DNA from: Gemmatimonadales bacterium | Lineage (GTDB): Bacteria; Gemmatimonadota; Gemmatimonadetes; Gemmatimonadales; GWC2-71-9 | Length of the DNA stretch: 64,000 bases | Direction of reading: 5' to 3' | Assembly: GCA_050183815.1 (NCBI GenBank) | Contig: JBFXAY010000005.1 | Span: forward strand, 26,861 to 90,860 | Shown here: positions 10,018-19,078 of the stretch, piece after piece | Layout: every line of letters begins with the position of its first letter | Position numbering within the stretch: position 1 is the stretch's first letter | The notes under the pieces: generated by a model | Database searches by the model: none | What the model was told of the DNA's origin: nothing | What the model saw: the letters and a program-made list of their open reading frames with translations, nothing else | Program-made: the position numbers and the translations under genes

Positions 10018-10370
10018 TACCCCAGCGTGATGATGTTGCTGGTGGCGCCGCGTTCGATCCCCTGGCTCATCAGCTGGTTCACCTTGGCCATGAGCTTGTC
10101 GAAGTTGGTGCGCGCCACAACGTACGTCTGGCCCACGCCGGACAGTTCGAGGGCCCGAACCGACTCTTCGTACTGCTGGGTCATGGCCTCATCGGGCATC
10201 TGTCCCTGGGAGACCAGCTGGTCGATCTGGCGGGCGAGGGTCTGGATCTGATCCAGCTTGGCGACCGTGTCGGCGTCGTCCTTGAGCGCCTGTTCGGCGC
10301 GGCGGAGGGCCTGATACTCGCTGGACTGGCCGATCAGGCGGCCGAGTTCCATCGCTTTATCGTCGATCAT
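10017..10370 (-). CDS. YlbF/YmcA-family (UPF0342) protein
   Basis: The 117-aa helical protein MIDDKAMELGRLIGQSSEYQALRRAEQALKDD... matches the Com_YlbF pattern. Only the last 117 codons of the 10017..11039 ORF are credible. Overlaps the prmC stop by 4 nt and the tmk start by 1 nt. Confidence 0.75.
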   Translation of the reverse strand: MIDDKAMELGRLIGQSSEYQALRRAEQALKDDADTVAKLDQIQTLARQIDQLVSQGQMPDEAMTQQYEESVRALELSGVGQTYVVARTNFDKLMAKVNQLMSQGIERGATSNIITLG

Positions 10371-11221
10371 CGTCCCTCTCCCTTGGCGATCAGATAGCGC
10401 GGGCGTCCGAAGAGATCGTCGGCCACCGTGGCGTTGGCCCAGCCGGCTTCCCGGGCGGCCGTGAGCGACTCCGCGGCCCGCATCTCGGCGATCTCGAGGA
10501 TCGCGACTCCGGCGGGCCGCAGAACCCGGCGCGCGTCGGCCAGCAACCGGGTCGTCGCGTCGAGACCGTCCGCACCGCTGGCCAGCGCCGCCCGCGGCTC
10601 GTAGTCCCGAACCGCAGTGTCGAGCGCAAGATACTCGCTTTCGCTGAGATACGGCGGGTTCGAGACGATCAGGTCGGCCGCCGCGGTCCCGACGGCCGCG
10701 CTCAAGTCGCCGCGGACCAGATCCACCGCCAGGCCCGTGGCCCGTCGGTTCTGCGCGGCGAGTTCGAGAGCGGCGGCGGACCGGTCGATCGCAACCACCC
10801 GCCGGTACCGGCCCTCGTCGGCGAGGCTCAGGGCCAGGCAGCCCGTTCCGGTTCCGACATCGACGGCCACCCCGGTCGGACACAGCGCCAGCGCGTGATC
10901 GATCAACCCCTCCGTCTCCGGCCGCGGGATGAGCGCCCGCCGATCGCTCCGGAGCAGCAACCGCCGGAAGCCGGCGAGGCCGGTGACGTACGACAGCGGC
11001 TCGCCCTGCGCCCGCCGAGCCACGGCCCGGTCGATCCACCGGCGCCGGTCCGGTTCGATGACGGTCTCCCGTCCGAGCGTCACTTCCGCGGGCGTCCAGC
11101 CAAGCAGGTCGGCCAGCAACCGCGTGGCCTCCCGCCTCGGCGCGTCGATCCCGGCCCGGGCTAGGGTGGCGGTCGCCGCGTCCAGCGCGCCGAGCACCGT
11201 GAGCCGACGCTCGCCGCTCAC
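10367..11221 (-). CDS. prmC: release-factor glutamine N5-methyltransferase
   Basis: SAM motif VDVGTGTGCLAL and catalytic NPPY (IVSNPPYL). Sits directly downstream of prfA. A GTG start at 11221 is proposed; the ORF track extends to 11302 and overlaps prfA. Confidence 0.85.
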   Translation of the reverse strand: MSGERRLTVLGALDAATATLARAGIDAPRREATRLLADLLGWTPAEVTLGRETVIEPDRRRWIDRAVARRAQGEPLSYVTGLAGFRRLLLRSDRRALIPRPETEGLIDHALALCPTGVAVDVGTGTGCLALSLADEGRYRRVVAIDRSAAALELAAQNRRATGLAVDLVRGDLSAAVGTAAADLIVSNPPYLSESEYLALDTAVRDYEPRAALASGADGLDATTRLLADARRVLRPAGVAILEIAEMRAAESLTAAREAGWANATVADDLFGRPRYLIAKGEGR

Positions 11222-11222
11222 G

Positions 11223-12281
11223 TCAATCACCGCCCGCCTCTTCGCGGCTGGCGTGTCGGAGGGCCTTGACGAGTTCGTCGAGACGGCCGTCCATGATTTC
11301 ACTCAGGTTATACAGCGAGACGTTGATCCGGTGATCCGTGACCCGGCTCTGGGGAAAGTTGTAGGTCCGGATCTTGGCCGAACGGTCGCCGGTGCCCACC
11401 ATCGACTTCCGTTCGCGGGCCCGGGCGGACTCCTGTTCGGAAATCATCTTGTCGAGCAGGCGGGCGCGGAGCACCTCCATCGCCTTGATCTTGTTCTGGA
11501 GCTGGGATTTCTGATCCTGCTGTGAGACCACGATACCGGACGGCAGGTGGGTGATTCGCACGGCGCTGTCGGTGGTGTTGACGCTCTGCCCGCCCGGCCC
11601 CGAGGACCGGTAGACATCGATCCGGAGATCCTGCGGATCGATCTTGACGTCCACCTCTTCCGCCTCGGGCAGCACGGCGATCGTGGCCGCGGAGGTGTGG
11701 ATCCGTCCCTGGGCCTCGGTGGCGGGGACCCGCTGGACGCGGTGGACGCCGGATTCCCGGCGGAAGAGGCCGTAGGCATCCTCGCCCTTGATGGCGATGA
11801 TCGCCTCGCGGATGCCGCCGAGGACCCCGTCGCTCAGCGACAGGTGCTCCACCTTGAGCCCGTGCCGCTCCGCGAACCGCGTATACATCCGCAGGAGTTC
11901 GGCGGCGAACAGGGCGGCCTCGTCACCGCCGGTGCCGGCCCGAATCTCGACGATGGCATTGCGGTCCTCGAGCGGGTCTCTGGGCAGCAGCAGCTCGTCG
12001 AGTTCGGCCGTCATCCCTTCGAGCTCGCCGGTGAGCCGCTCGACGTCGGCGCGGGCCATCCCGGCGAGTTCGTCGTCGTCCGCGTCCGCCAGTTCGCGAG
12101 CGCCGGCCAGTTCCTCGGTCATCCGGAGATACTGGCCACCCAAACGCACGATGGGCGCGAGCCTCGAGTGCTCGCGCCCAAGGGCCTGACGGCGGGCGGG
12201 ATCTTTCGCGAGCGCGGGATCCCCGAGCTCGCGCGAGACCTCCTCCGCCCGGGCCATGGCCTGGCGGAGTTTGGCCTCCAC
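11223..12281 (-). CDS. prfA: peptide chain release factor 1
   Basis: GGQ motif (SGPGGQSVNTTDSAVRITHLPSG) and the RF1-type PxT tripeptide (VPATE). Confidence 0.95.
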   Translation of the reverse strand: MEAKLRQAMARAEEVSRELGDPALAKDPARRQALGREHSRLAPIVRLGGQYLRMTEELAGARELADADDDELAGMARADVERLTGELEGMTAELDELLLPRDPLEDRNAIVEIRAGTGGDEAALFAAELLRMYTRFAERHGLKVEHLSLSDGVLGGIREAIIAIKGEDAYGLFRRESGVHRVQRVPATEAQGRIHTSAATIAVLPEAEEVDVKIDPQDLRIDVYRSSGPGGQSVNTTDSAVRITHLPSGIVVSQQDQKSQLQNKIKAMEVLRARLLDKMISEQESARARERKSMVGTGDRSAKIRTYNFPQSRVTDHRINVSLYNLSEIMDGRLDELVKALRHASREEAGGD

Positions 12282-12284
12282 TAG

Positions 12285-12509
12285 CTACTCCTTGGCGGCC
12301 GGCGCGGCCTCCCTGGAGCCGTACTTCCGGCGGAACCGATCAACGCGGCCGGCCGTATCGACCAACCGCTGCTTGCCGGTGAAGTACGGATGGCACACCG
12401 CACAGACTTCGACGTGGATCGAGGCGGCCGTGGAACGGGTTTCGAACTCGTTCCCGCAGGCGCACTTCGCCATGATCTTGTGGTAGAGAGGATGGAGATT
12501 CGGCTTCAC
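12285..12509 (-). CDS. rpmE: 50S ribosomal protein L31
   Basis: VKPNLHPLYHKIMAKCACGNEFETRST...CAVCHPYFTGKQR, with a CxxC...CxxC zinc ribbon. GTG start with a GGAG about 7 nt upstream. Confidence 0.9.
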   Translation of the reverse strand: MKPNLHPLYHKIMAKCACGNEFETRSTAASIHVEVCAVCHPYFTGKQRLVDTAGRVDRFRRKYGSREAAPAAKE

Positions 12510-12694
12510 GGCGGACTCCGCACGGTAAATCGTTGAGCACGAACAACTTCTAGGCCCGAAAGCCAAGCCTCTAAAGCTAGCGGCCGACCCCCGTTGTGGC
12601 AAGAGAGGCCCCCCGGGCCACCGGAGGCGCCCAGCCACCCCTCGAAAGCCCGTAACTCGTTGTGTGACCTGCATCACCGGTCATTTCGGCCGTC

Positions 12695-12723
12695 TTGCCG
12701 CCCGGGCGGCGGGTCCCTATGCT
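12695..12723 (+). promoter_or_regulatory. candidate sigma70-type promoter giving a leaderless crp-family transcript
   Basis: TTGCCG (12695-12700), a 17-nt spacer, then TATGCT (12718-12723). The ATG at 12729 lies 6 nt after the -10 hexamer and has no Shine-Dalgarno. Confidence 0.3.
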
Positions 12724-12728
12724 GAACC

Positions 12729-13406
12729 ATGCCCGTTGCGATCGCCCCGGTGCTCCGGACCATCCCGCTGTTCCAGCATCTCGACCAGGCCGAGGTCGAA
12801 GCCCTGGCCGCGCTGTTCCGGGAACGGAGCTTCGCCCGCGGGAGCATCATCGTGTCCCAGGGAGACCCCGGCGACGCGATGTTCCTGATCGCCGACGGGC
12901 AGGTCAAGGTGGCGGTCTTCGGCGAGGACGGCCGGGAAGTGATTCTCGCCGTCCACTCCAACCGGGGCTTCTTCGGCGAGATGGCCCTGCTCGACGACGA
13001 GCCTCGTTCGGCCCACGTGATCGCGATGACCGACGCCCGGTTGTTGCAGCTTCGGCGGGAGGACTTCCGGAACCGGCTGCGGGCATCGCCCGACCTTGGC
13101 GTGGCGCTGCTGCGCGAGCTGTCGCGCCGGCTCCGCCGCGCCGACGAAACCATCGCCAGCATGGCACTCCTCGACGTCAACGGCCGGATCGCCCACCTGC
13201 TGCTGGAGATGGCCCGGGAAGAGGGCGGCAGCCGGATCACCCGGAAACTGACCCACGCCACCATTGCCCAGATGGTGGGTGCCAGCCGCGAAACGGTGAG
13301 CCGGACGATGCGCAGCCTGGCGGTCCAGGGGGTCATCGACGTGTCCCGCCGGGAGATCGTCCTCCGCAACCCTGACCAGCTCCGGATCGCGGCCCAGCGC
13401 ACCTGA
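12729..13406 (+). CDS. Crp/Fnr-family cyclic-nucleotide-binding transcriptional regulator
   Basis: cNMP-binding domain with FFGEMALLDDEPRSAHV (the FGE...RSA phosphate-binding cassette). C-terminal HTH: ATIAQMVGASRETVSRTMRSL. Confidence 0.9.
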   Translation: MPVAIAPVLRTIPLFQHLDQAEVEALAALFRERSFARGSIIVSQGDPGDAMFLIADGQVKVAVFGEDGREVILAVHSNRGFFGEMALLDDEPRSAHVIAMTDARLLQLRREDFRNRLRASPDLGVALLRELSRRLRRADETIASMALLDVNGRIAHLLLEMAREEGGSRITRKLTHATIAQMVGASRETVSRTMRSLAVQGVIDVSRREIVLRNPDQLRIAAQRT

Positions 13407-14263
13407 TGGCCGGGCTCTCCGTCACCTTCTGGGGCACCCGCGGATCCATCCCCACGCCGGGCCCTGGCACCGTCCGCTACGGCGGCAACACGCCCTGCCT
13501 CGCGGTGTCCGCCGGCGGGCGACAGCTCATCCTCGACGCCGGAACGGGCCTCCGGGCCTGCGGCCTCGCCGCGGCGCACACGAAGGACCGCGTCACGATC
13601 CTGCTCACTCACACCCACTGGGACCACATCCAGGGGCTTCCGTTCTTCGCGCCGCTCTACCGCCCGGGCGCCGCGATCTCGGTGGTCGGCCCCCGGCAGT
13701 CGGGCACGACGCTCGAAGCGATCCTCCACGCCCAGATGACCGAGACCGTGTTCCCGGTCCCGGCATCCGCGGTCGGCGCCACGCTCGCGGTGCGGGAAAT
13801 CGACGCCGAGGCATTCGCCGTCGACGGCTTCGAGATCGACGTTATCCGCAACTGTCATCCCGGCCCGACCTTGGGCTACGCCGTGCGCACCGGCGGCGGG
13901 AAGCCCCCGCTCGGTTACCTTACCGACAACGAACTCCGCTGCGACGATGCGGTGCGTCGCCGGACCGATTTCGTACGTTTCTTGCGTGGCGTCGAACTGC
14001 TGGTCCACGACGCGATGTACTTCGAGTCGGAAATCGGCCACCGGGCCGGTTGGGGCCATAGCACGGCGAGCGATGCGGTCCTGCTCGCCCTCGAGGCGGA
14101 GGCCGAGCGGCTGGTGCTGTTTCACCACGATCCCGGCCACGACGACGCCGCCCTCGAGCGGCTCCGCGAGGAAGCGGATGCCTGTCGGGTGCGCCAAGGC
14201 GGCACGCTCGACGTCACCATCGCGGTGGAAGGCGCCACGGTCCACTGCCAGGGAGGAGCATGA
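13406..14263 (+). CDS. MBL-fold metallo-hydrolase (possible cyclic-nucleotide phosphodiesterase)
   Basis: FWGTRGSIPTPG...YGGNTPC N-terminus and the HxHxDH motif (THTHWDHIQG). The start overlaps the crp-family stop (TGATG). Confidence 0.85.
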   Translation: MAGLSVTFWGTRGSIPTPGPGTVRYGGNTPCLAVSAGGRQLILDAGTGLRACGLAAAHTKDRVTILLTHTHWDHIQGLPFFAPLYRPGAAISVVGPRQSGTTLEAILHAQMTETVFPVPASAVGATLAVREIDAEAFAVDGFEIDVIRNCHPGPTLGYAVRTGGGKPPLGYLTDNELRCDDAVRRRTDFVRFLRGVELLVHDAMYFESEIGHRAGWGHSTASDAVLLALEAEAERLVLFHHDPGHDDAALERLREEADACRVRQGGTLDVTIAVEGATVHCQGGA

Positions 14264-14958
14264 TGAAACGGGCAACGTTCTTGATGGTGCTCTCGGCGCT
14301 GGCCGCGCCAGCCGTCGTCCGGGCCCAGGACAGCCGGCCCGGCCTGGCCGTGTTGCCGTTCGAGAACGGCGGCAGCTACGGCAAGGACAAGGAAGACTTC
14401 GATGCGCTGCGGCGCGGCATCGCGGCGATGATGATGTCCGAACTGAGCCAGAACCCAGCGGTCCGGCTGGTGGACCGCGAGCGGGTACAGCAGCTCCTCG
14501 ACGAGCAGGGGCTCGCGACGGCCGAGCGGGTGGACGCGCAAACGGCGGCCAAGGTCGGCAAGCTGGTGGGCGCCCGCTACATGATCGCGGGCACGTTCAT
14601 CGACCTGTACGGCGATTTCCGGATCGACGCGCGGATCATCGACGTCGAGACGAGCGAGATCATCAAGGTCGTTCGGAGCGATCCCAAGCTGTCCGACCGG
14701 AAGCAGATGTTCCGGATCATTCAGTCGGTGGCGGATCGGGTCATGGAGGGCACGAAACTGCCGCCCCTCCCGGCCGCCGCCACCCAGGCCCGGTCCCGGA
14801 ACGTTCCGACCGAGGCCCTGGCACTTTACAGCCGGGCCCTGCTCTACAAGGATCGCGGCGATACCAAGAAGGCGATCGAGTACTACAGCGCCGCGATCAA
14901 GGCGTTCCCGGCCTTCACCGAAGCCCAGGAAGGACTCAAGCGACTCGGCGGCGGCTGA
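14260..14958 (+). CDS. secreted CsgG/TolB_N-like domain protein with C-terminal TPR
   Basis: Signal peptide ending VVRAQD. LAVLPFENGG...VDRERVQQLLDEQGL...GARYMIAGTF...IDARIIDVETSEI pattern. TPR-like ALALYSRALLYKDRGDTKKAIEYYSAAIKAFPAF. ATGA overlap with the MBL gene. Confidence 0.7.
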   Translation: MMKRATFLMVLSALAAPAVVRAQDSRPGLAVLPFENGGSYGKDKEDFDALRRGIAAMMMSELSQNPAVRLVDRERVQQLLDEQGLATAERVDAQTAAKVGKLVGARYMIAGTFIDLYGDFRIDARIIDVETSEIIKVVRSDPKLSDRKQMFRIIQSVADRVMEGTKLPPLPAAATQARSRNVPTEALALYSRALLYKDRGDTKKAIEYYSAAIKAFPAFTEAQEGLKRLGGG

Positions 14959-16249
14959 GCCGATCCGCCTCCGCAACGGGGCCGGGACCGGAAACGGTGC
15001 CGGCCCCGATCGCTTTCAGGCCGAGGAGCAAGCCGGTGTGGATCGGGAGCAGGAAGGCGATCATGTCGCGGTTGGATTGCACCCCGCCGATCAGATTGAG
15101 GAGCAGCCCGGCGGCGCTCACGATCACCACGGCGGCCGCCAGCCGGGTGGCGAGGGGAAGGCGGGTCCGGCTCCGCCACAGCGCCGAGGGCAGGACGAAC
15201 GCCAGCAGCAGCGATATCACGTTGAGTTGGAGGACATTCTCGTTCCCATAGCTGAACCGATGGTCGGTCAGGGCCCAGAGAAACGCGAGGAGCAGTCCTC
15301 CCACCCCGGCGAAAAAGGCCCACGCCGCGGCCGCCGAGCCGAATGCCAGCCGCCAACCGCTGCCCCGCCGCCCCAGAACGCCCAACAGACCGAGCGCCAT
15401 TCCAAGCAGCCCGCCCACCGCGAGGTATCCGCCGGTCCAGTCGTGAGGACGCTCCGCCACCGAGAAGCGGTCGTTCTCCACGACGTGCCGGCTTTCCCGT
15501 ACCAGCGGGTGAACCCGGCCGTCCGGGTCGGTCACCACCAGGCGATCGAGATACGGCCGGAGCTCGATCGGCAGGAACATGGCCTTCCACGCCGTGATCG
15601 GCCGGTCGGTCGGCCGGCCCAGGCCCAGCATCAGGGCCGTGTACATGAATGGGTCGTTCTCGGTGGTGCGCCGGGTGTGATCCCGGTAACTCATGTCGGT
15701 GCGGATCGTGTCGGCCCAGGCCTGGAGTTGGCCGCCGATCACCGCGTCGAGCGCGTCGCGGATCCGGGTCGAACAGTTGTCGGTGTAGTAGTTGTATCGG
15801 TAGACCCGGTTCTCCTCGCGCATGTTCCAGAGGAGGAACCGCTGGAGTCGGCCCCGGGCGGCCGCCGGGAGGTCGAGTTCCTGAGACCAGATGGAACGGT
15901 CCGCCGCCGTGTAGGCCCGGAAATAGGCGTCACCCGATCCGGCCCCCATCGAATAGTCCATCAGACCCCGGGCAAAGCGGCCGACGAATCGGAGCTGATC
16001 GCCGAAGGTGCGGCCGAAGTCGAACCGGCCGTAGTCGAAGGCGACGTCCCGGCCCGAGCGATTGTCACGAATCAACAAAGCATTGTGACCGAACCGCTCC
16101 CAGACGATCTCACCTGGATCGAAAGTAAGGAGATAGACGGTCAGGTCCGCCCCCAGCGCCGAGTCCGTCGGCTCGGCAGGGAGCATCCGGATCTCGGCCG
16201 GGGCCTGGGCCGTCAGCAACGCGGCCGCCAGTCCGGCGAGAGTGATCAC
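14936..16249 (-). CDS. DUF4105 (Lnb N-terminal periplasmic domain)-family membrane protein
   Basis: Signal peptide, FGHNALLIRD motif typical of DUF4105, and four or more C-terminal TM helices. Convergent 23-nt overlap with the preceding gene. Confidence 0.75.
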   Translation of the reverse strand: MITLAGLAAALLTAQAPAEIRMLPAEPTDSALGADLTVYLLTFDPGEIVWERFGHNALLIRDNRSGRDVAFDYGRFDFGRTFGDQLRFVGRFARGLMDYSMGAGSGDAYFRAYTAADRSIWSQELDLPAAARGRLQRFLLWNMREENRVYRYNYYTDNCSTRIRDALDAVIGGQLQAWADTIRTDMSYRDHTRRTTENDPFMYTALMLGLGRPTDRPITAWKAMFLPIELRPYLDRLVVTDPDGRVHPLVRESRHVVENDRFSVAERPHDWTGGYLAVGGLLGMALGLLGVLGRRGSGWRLAFGSAAAAWAFFAGVGGLLLAFLWALTDHRFSYGNENVLQLNVISLLLAFVLPSALWRSRTRLPLATRLAAAVVIVSAAGLLLNLIGGVQSNRDMIAFLLPIHTGLLLGLKAIGAGTVSGPGPVAEADRLSRRRVA

Positions 16250-17325
16250 AGGATGGCTTCGCGGGCGTCAGCGTCTGACTTGTAGATCGCTTCGAGAACC
16301 TTGAGTACCTGGACCTGTTCCTCGAGGGGCGGCGCCGCCACCCGCCCTGCCGCGGCCGCGAGAAAGTGAGCCCATTGAGCCTTGAAGGAAGCGACGAAGG
16401 CCGTGTCCCGGCTGCCGGAGCCCGTCGGCGAGACGTCGTGCGGCAGGCCGTGGATTTCCTTCCAGACATGCAGCGGGTTGATCCCCGCGGATCCCTTCGA
16501 CCCCCGAATCCCCGCACCGAAGCGCTCCCCCGCCCCGATGTGCCGCCAGGTGACGTCGACGAAGATCGCCGCCCCGTTTTCGCAGACCACGAACGCGCTT
16601 CCGGACTGCTCGACAGTCCGTTCACTGCCGGCCCGGCTCAGGGTGGCGCAGACCCGGGCCGGCACGGGGTTGTTGGCCAGGAAGAGGCCGAGGTCCAGCA
16701 TCGTCAGGCCGAGGTCCAGCATGGCGCCGCCGCCCGATTCCGTCCGCTTTTCGCGCCAGCCCATCGGCGCCCGGGCGGGCCGGGCCAGGTGCCAGCTGGC
16801 CCGGACCGAGGAAATTTCCCCAAGTTCGCCGGCCTGAACGAAGCTCCGGACCGCCTGGACGTCGGGCCGGTACCGGTGGGTCATCCCGGTCATGACGACC
16901 TTGCCCCGTCGGTCGGCGGCGCGGAGCACCTTCTGGGCGGCCGCGGAGGTCAGGGCCAGCGGCTTCTCGACCAGGACGTTGAGACCGGCGGAGAGCGCCG
17001 CCAGGATATGCGACTCGTGGAGGTGATTCGGCGTGGCGATGAGCACCGCGTCGAGTTCCTCATGCCGAAGCAGGTCTTCGAAGTCGTCGTAGAAGCTCGA
17101 AATCCCGGACCGCTCGGCGAGGGCTCGGGCCTTGTTGATATCGGAATCGCAGAGCGCCACGAGTTCGACGGCCTTGCTCTTCCGGAGCACGGGCAGATGG
17201 GCCACCTGCACGATGGCGCCCCCGCCGATGATGCCGACCCGGGTCGGGGCCTGCAGGCCGTCGATTTCCACCCCGCGCGGGCGGGGCGTCGGGCGGGAAT
17301 GCGGGCCGGAGCGGCGTGTGCTCAT
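16246..17325 (-). CDS. Gfo/Idh/MocA-family NAD(P)-dependent oxidoreductase
   Basis: Rossmann motif VGIIGGGAIVQVAHLP and VLVEKPLA motif. Confidence 0.85.
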   Translation of the reverse strand: MSTRRSGPHSRPTPRPRGVEIDGLQAPTRVGIIGGGAIVQVAHLPVLRKSKAVELVALCDSDINKARALAERSGISSFYDDFEDLLRHEELDAVLIATPNHLHESHILAALSAGLNVLVEKPLALTSAAAQKVLRAADRRGKVVMTGMTHRYRPDVQAVRSFVQAGELGEISSVRASWHLARPARAPMGWREKRTESGGGAMLDLGLTMLDLGLFLANNPVPARVCATLSRAGSERTVEQSGSAFVVCENGAAIFVDVTWRHIGAGERFGAGIRGSKGSAGINPLHVWKEIHGLPHDVSPTGSGSRDTAFVASFKAQWAHFLAAAAGRVAAPPLEEQVQVLKVLEAIYKSDADAREAIL

Positions 17326-17337
17326 CGGTTCGGATCC

Positions 17338-18609
17338 TCAGAAAAGGCGGCGGATTTCGGTTCCCGGAAAATAAGCATCCAGGATCTCACGGTAGTCCGC
17401 GCCCGCGCGGGCCCGCCCGACCGCACCCCACTGGCACATCCCGACCCCGTGACCCGCCCCGGCACCGACGGCCACGACCCGGACGATCCGGCTCCCGCTC
17501 CGGGTCGTCTGGAGGGTGAATTGGGCGCTGCGGAGCCAGGCTCCGTCCGGGGTCCGCAGGACCTGCCGGATGATCTGCTGACGCGAGATCGTGACCGGTT
17601 CCCGCCCCGCCACGAGAACCAGCTCCTCGGCGCGGCCGGTGGCCGACCGGCTCGTGACCTGGAGATCGCTCGGGCTGGCCACCGCCTCCGGCCGGAGGCC
17701 GGCCAGGGCGGCATTGCCGCGGAGTGTCCGGCTGAGTTCTTCGCCGGACCACTCCTCCTGCCAGCGGAACCTGGGTGAGATCGAGCAGTACGCCTCGCCG
17801 GAGGGGGCTCGGTCGTTGATGGACTGGAGGTATGGCTGGGCCGCCCCGCTGAAGACGGCATCGACGGCTTCCGTCCGGCCACCGCAGGTCGAGTGGAAGA
17901 ACGCCTCGATGACGGCCCCGCCGTAGGTGAGCACTTCCCCGCGGGTCACCCGGACCGCGTTCCAGCCGGCGTCGGTTTCCGACGCCACACCGCCATAGGC
18001 CTGGTCCGACACGGTGCTGACGAGGTCGTACCCGCGCACCCGGTACCGGCCAAGGGCCCGCATGGCCACGGTCCGGGAGATCACGGCCTGGGCGAACACC
18101 GCCTGGCTGTCTCCGGGCGGCCGGCGCCCCATCTCGGCGTTGACCACGCCGGCCACGTAGCCCTCGAGCGACACCAGGTTCACCGCGAGGACGCCGGTTG
18201 GCGTCGAGGTGACGAGCAGTTCGCCCCGGTAGTCGCGGCCGTTGACCCGGACGTACCCGGTTGGACTGGCCGGCCGCACGGTGAGCGCCGTGGCGGGCTG
18301 GGTGCCGGCGCCGCCGATCCGGGCTTCCACGGACGCCCCGTCGCCCGCCACCGTGGCCGTGGTCCCCTCCGGCAGCAGGGTGATGCCCCCGCCATCCGGT
18401 CCGGAAATCAGGAGGGGCTCGCCGCCCCCGATGGACAGGGCGGGCACCGGCCCGCCCAGTCCGACTCGGACCTGCGGCTCGGCGGTTTCGGCCCCGGGCA
18501 GGACACCGACTTCGTAGCGGGGGCAGGCTGCCGCCAGCAGCAGACCGAGGAGGGCGGCGGCGCCCGCCCGGCTAGCCGCGGTAGTTGCCGAACTTGAGCT
18601 CGATGCCAA
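17338..18609 (-). CDS. SpoIID/LytB-domain protein (lytic transglycosylase / amidase-enhancer family), lipoprotein
   Basis: Lipobox LLAAAC. Family motifs LEGYVAGVVNAEM, EAFFHSTCGGRTE and GHGVGMCQWGA. TTG start; overlaps the yajQ 3' end by 38 nt, so the start is uncertain. Confidence 0.85.
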   Translation of the reverse strand: MASSSSSATTAASRAGAAALLGLLLAAACPRYEVGVLPGAETAEPQVRVGLGGPVPALSIGGGEPLLISGPDGGGITLLPEGTTATVAGDGASVEARIGGAGTQPATALTVRPASPTGYVRVNGRDYRGELLVTSTPTGVLAVNLVSLEGYVAGVVNAEMGRRPPGDSQAVFAQAVISRTVAMRALGRYRVRGYDLVSTVSDQAYGGVASETDAGWNAVRVTRGEVLTYGGAVIEAFFHSTCGGRTEAVDAVFSGAAQPYLQSINDRAPSGEAYCSISPRFRWQEEWSGEELSRTLRGNAALAGLRPEAVASPSDLQVTSRSATGRAEELVLVAGREPVTISRQQIIRQVLRTPDGAWLRSAQFTLQTTRSGSRIVRVVAVGAGAGHGVGMCQWGAVGRARAGADYREILDAYFPGTEIRRLF

Positions 18610-19075
18610 AATCCTGAGCGCGGAGGAAGGCGATGACGGTCTGGAGGTCGTCGCGGGAAGGGCTGATGACCCTCACCTCGTCCCCCTGGATCTGGGTCTG
18701 GATCTTCTTGAAGCCCTGGTCCTTGATCGCCTTGGTGATCTTCTTGGCGGTGTCCTGATCGATGCCCTGCTTGAGGGTGATGGTGCAACGAACGGTGGTG
18801 CCGGTTCCCGGCTCGAACTCGCTCTTGCTGAGGTTCTTGGCCGGGACGTTCCGCTTGGCACACTTGGCCTCGAGGACGTCGATCAACTGCTTCATCCGGA
18901 ACTCGTCATCGGCCATGAGCTTGAGGACGGCCGTGGCTCGATCGTATTCGATGGTGCAGTTGGTGCCCTTGAAGTCGTACCGCTGCCCGATCTCCTTGAG
19001 CGTCTGGTTGACCGCGTTGTCGACTTCCTGGAGATCGGCACCCGTCGAGATGTCGAAGGAGCTGTTCGAAGCCAT
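18572..19075 (-). CDS. yajQ: YajQ-family nucleotide (c-di-GMP)-binding protein
   Basis: SFDISTGADLQEVDNAVNQTLKEIGQRYDFKGT is the typical UPF0234/YajQ N-terminus; 167 aa. Confidence 0.9.
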   Translation of the reverse strand: MASNSSFDISTGADLQEVDNAVNQTLKEIGQRYDFKGTNCTIEYDRATAVLKLMADDEFRMKQLIDVLEAKCAKRNVPAKNLSKSEFEPGTGTTVRCTITLKQGIDQDTAKKITKAIKDQGFKKIQTQIQGDEVRVISPSRDDLQTVIAFLRAQDFGIELKFGNYRG

Positions 19076-19078
19076 GGT

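Noticed and set aside
10371-11039. Upstream 223 codons of the 340-aa ORF 10017..11039
   Set aside because: This part lies in an alternative frame of prmC on the same strand and is Arg/Gly/Pro-rich. Only the terminal 117 codons encode the YlbF-like protein.
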